A stretch of DNA of 28,480 bases from Promethearchaeota archaeon (GTDB taxonomy: Archaea; Asgardarchaeota; Lokiarchaeia; Sigyniarchaeales; SOKP01): the NCBI GenBank assembly GCA_008080735.1, contig SHMW01000057.1:1-28480 (forward strand), read 5' to 3'. Positions 28,091 through 28,480 of the stretch are shown one piece after another. Positions within the stretch are counted from its first letter, which is position 1. Each line of letters starts with the position of its first letter. Made by a program: the position numbers and the translations under genes. The notes beneath the pieces are model-generated. The model had not been told where the DNA came from. It saw only the letters and a list, made by a program, of their open reading frames with translations, and did not search any database.

Positions 28091-28480
28091 ATGGCACTTT
28101 TACACCATTAGAAATGTTTAATGGAGTAGCTGCGATAATAATAGTTTTATTTTTCTTATATATGGGTATATCCATTCTTAGAAGGTATTTTCAGTATAAA
28201 GATGATCGGTTATTATATACCGGGATAGCAAAATTTTTTATGTCTTTCCCTTGGTTGCCAATCTCAATTTCGTTTATATCATATTTGATTTCGGATAGTG
28301 CTCTGCCCTTTTAACTTTATTACATTTTGGGCTATGGTTTTGCATTTGTGATTTTATTTTGGCTCTTTGCCTTCACAGATATGGTATATGAGAGTATTCT
28401 TAAAAAATATTTTCCTTCTTATATTTATTTATAATCAAATATAGGCTTCCATTATTATTAGTTTTCCAATCACTTGATAG
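28091..28480 (+). pseudogene. degraded multi-pass membrane protein gene (runs towards window end)
   Basis: GGAGGT RBS precedes ATG 28091, which is out of frame with the ORF body by a T-run indel (about 28098-28101); in-frame TAA at 28312-28314 is followed by hydrophobic LYYILGYGFAFVILFWLFAFTDMVYE. Confidence 0.6.

Noticed and set aside
1-28480. CRISPR array, tRNA/rRNA genes, transposase or integrase
   Set aside because: No regularly spaced repeats, no GC-rich cloverleaf or rRNA-like segment, and no recombinase or transposase motifs seen by eye

Overview
AT-rich (roughly one-third GC by eye), gene-dense prokaryotic window. Archaeal promoter and terminator features (TTTATA boxes about 25-30 nt upstream of starts, GGAGG/GAGGTG ribosome-binding sites, oligo-T terminators) and gene content (SCP2 protein, tungsten aldehyde:ferredoxin oxidoreductase, archaeal P-loop ATPase, DUF401, LRR and HEAT-like proteins, RNase J-like beta-CASP paralogs) suggest an Asgard archaeon of the Lokiarchaeia type; this is an inference. 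The window holds mostly ordinary metabolic and membrane genes (arylsulfatase, pyruvate kinase, AOR, MFS/GPH symporter, SAM and ICMT-like methyltransferases, flavodoxin, OsmC-like protein), two DUF4097-like surface-protein paralogs and two pseudogenes. The most interesting part is a co-oriented minus-strand block at 12217-17095: an orphan adenine DNA methyltransferase with a Cys4 zinc-finger insert, a coiled-coil protein, a promoter- and terminator-bounded structured small RNA candidate (about 14067-14199), a beta-CASP nuclease, and an unannotated 45-aa CxxC-CxxC microprotein. I saw no tRNA, rRNA, CRISPR array or transposase.
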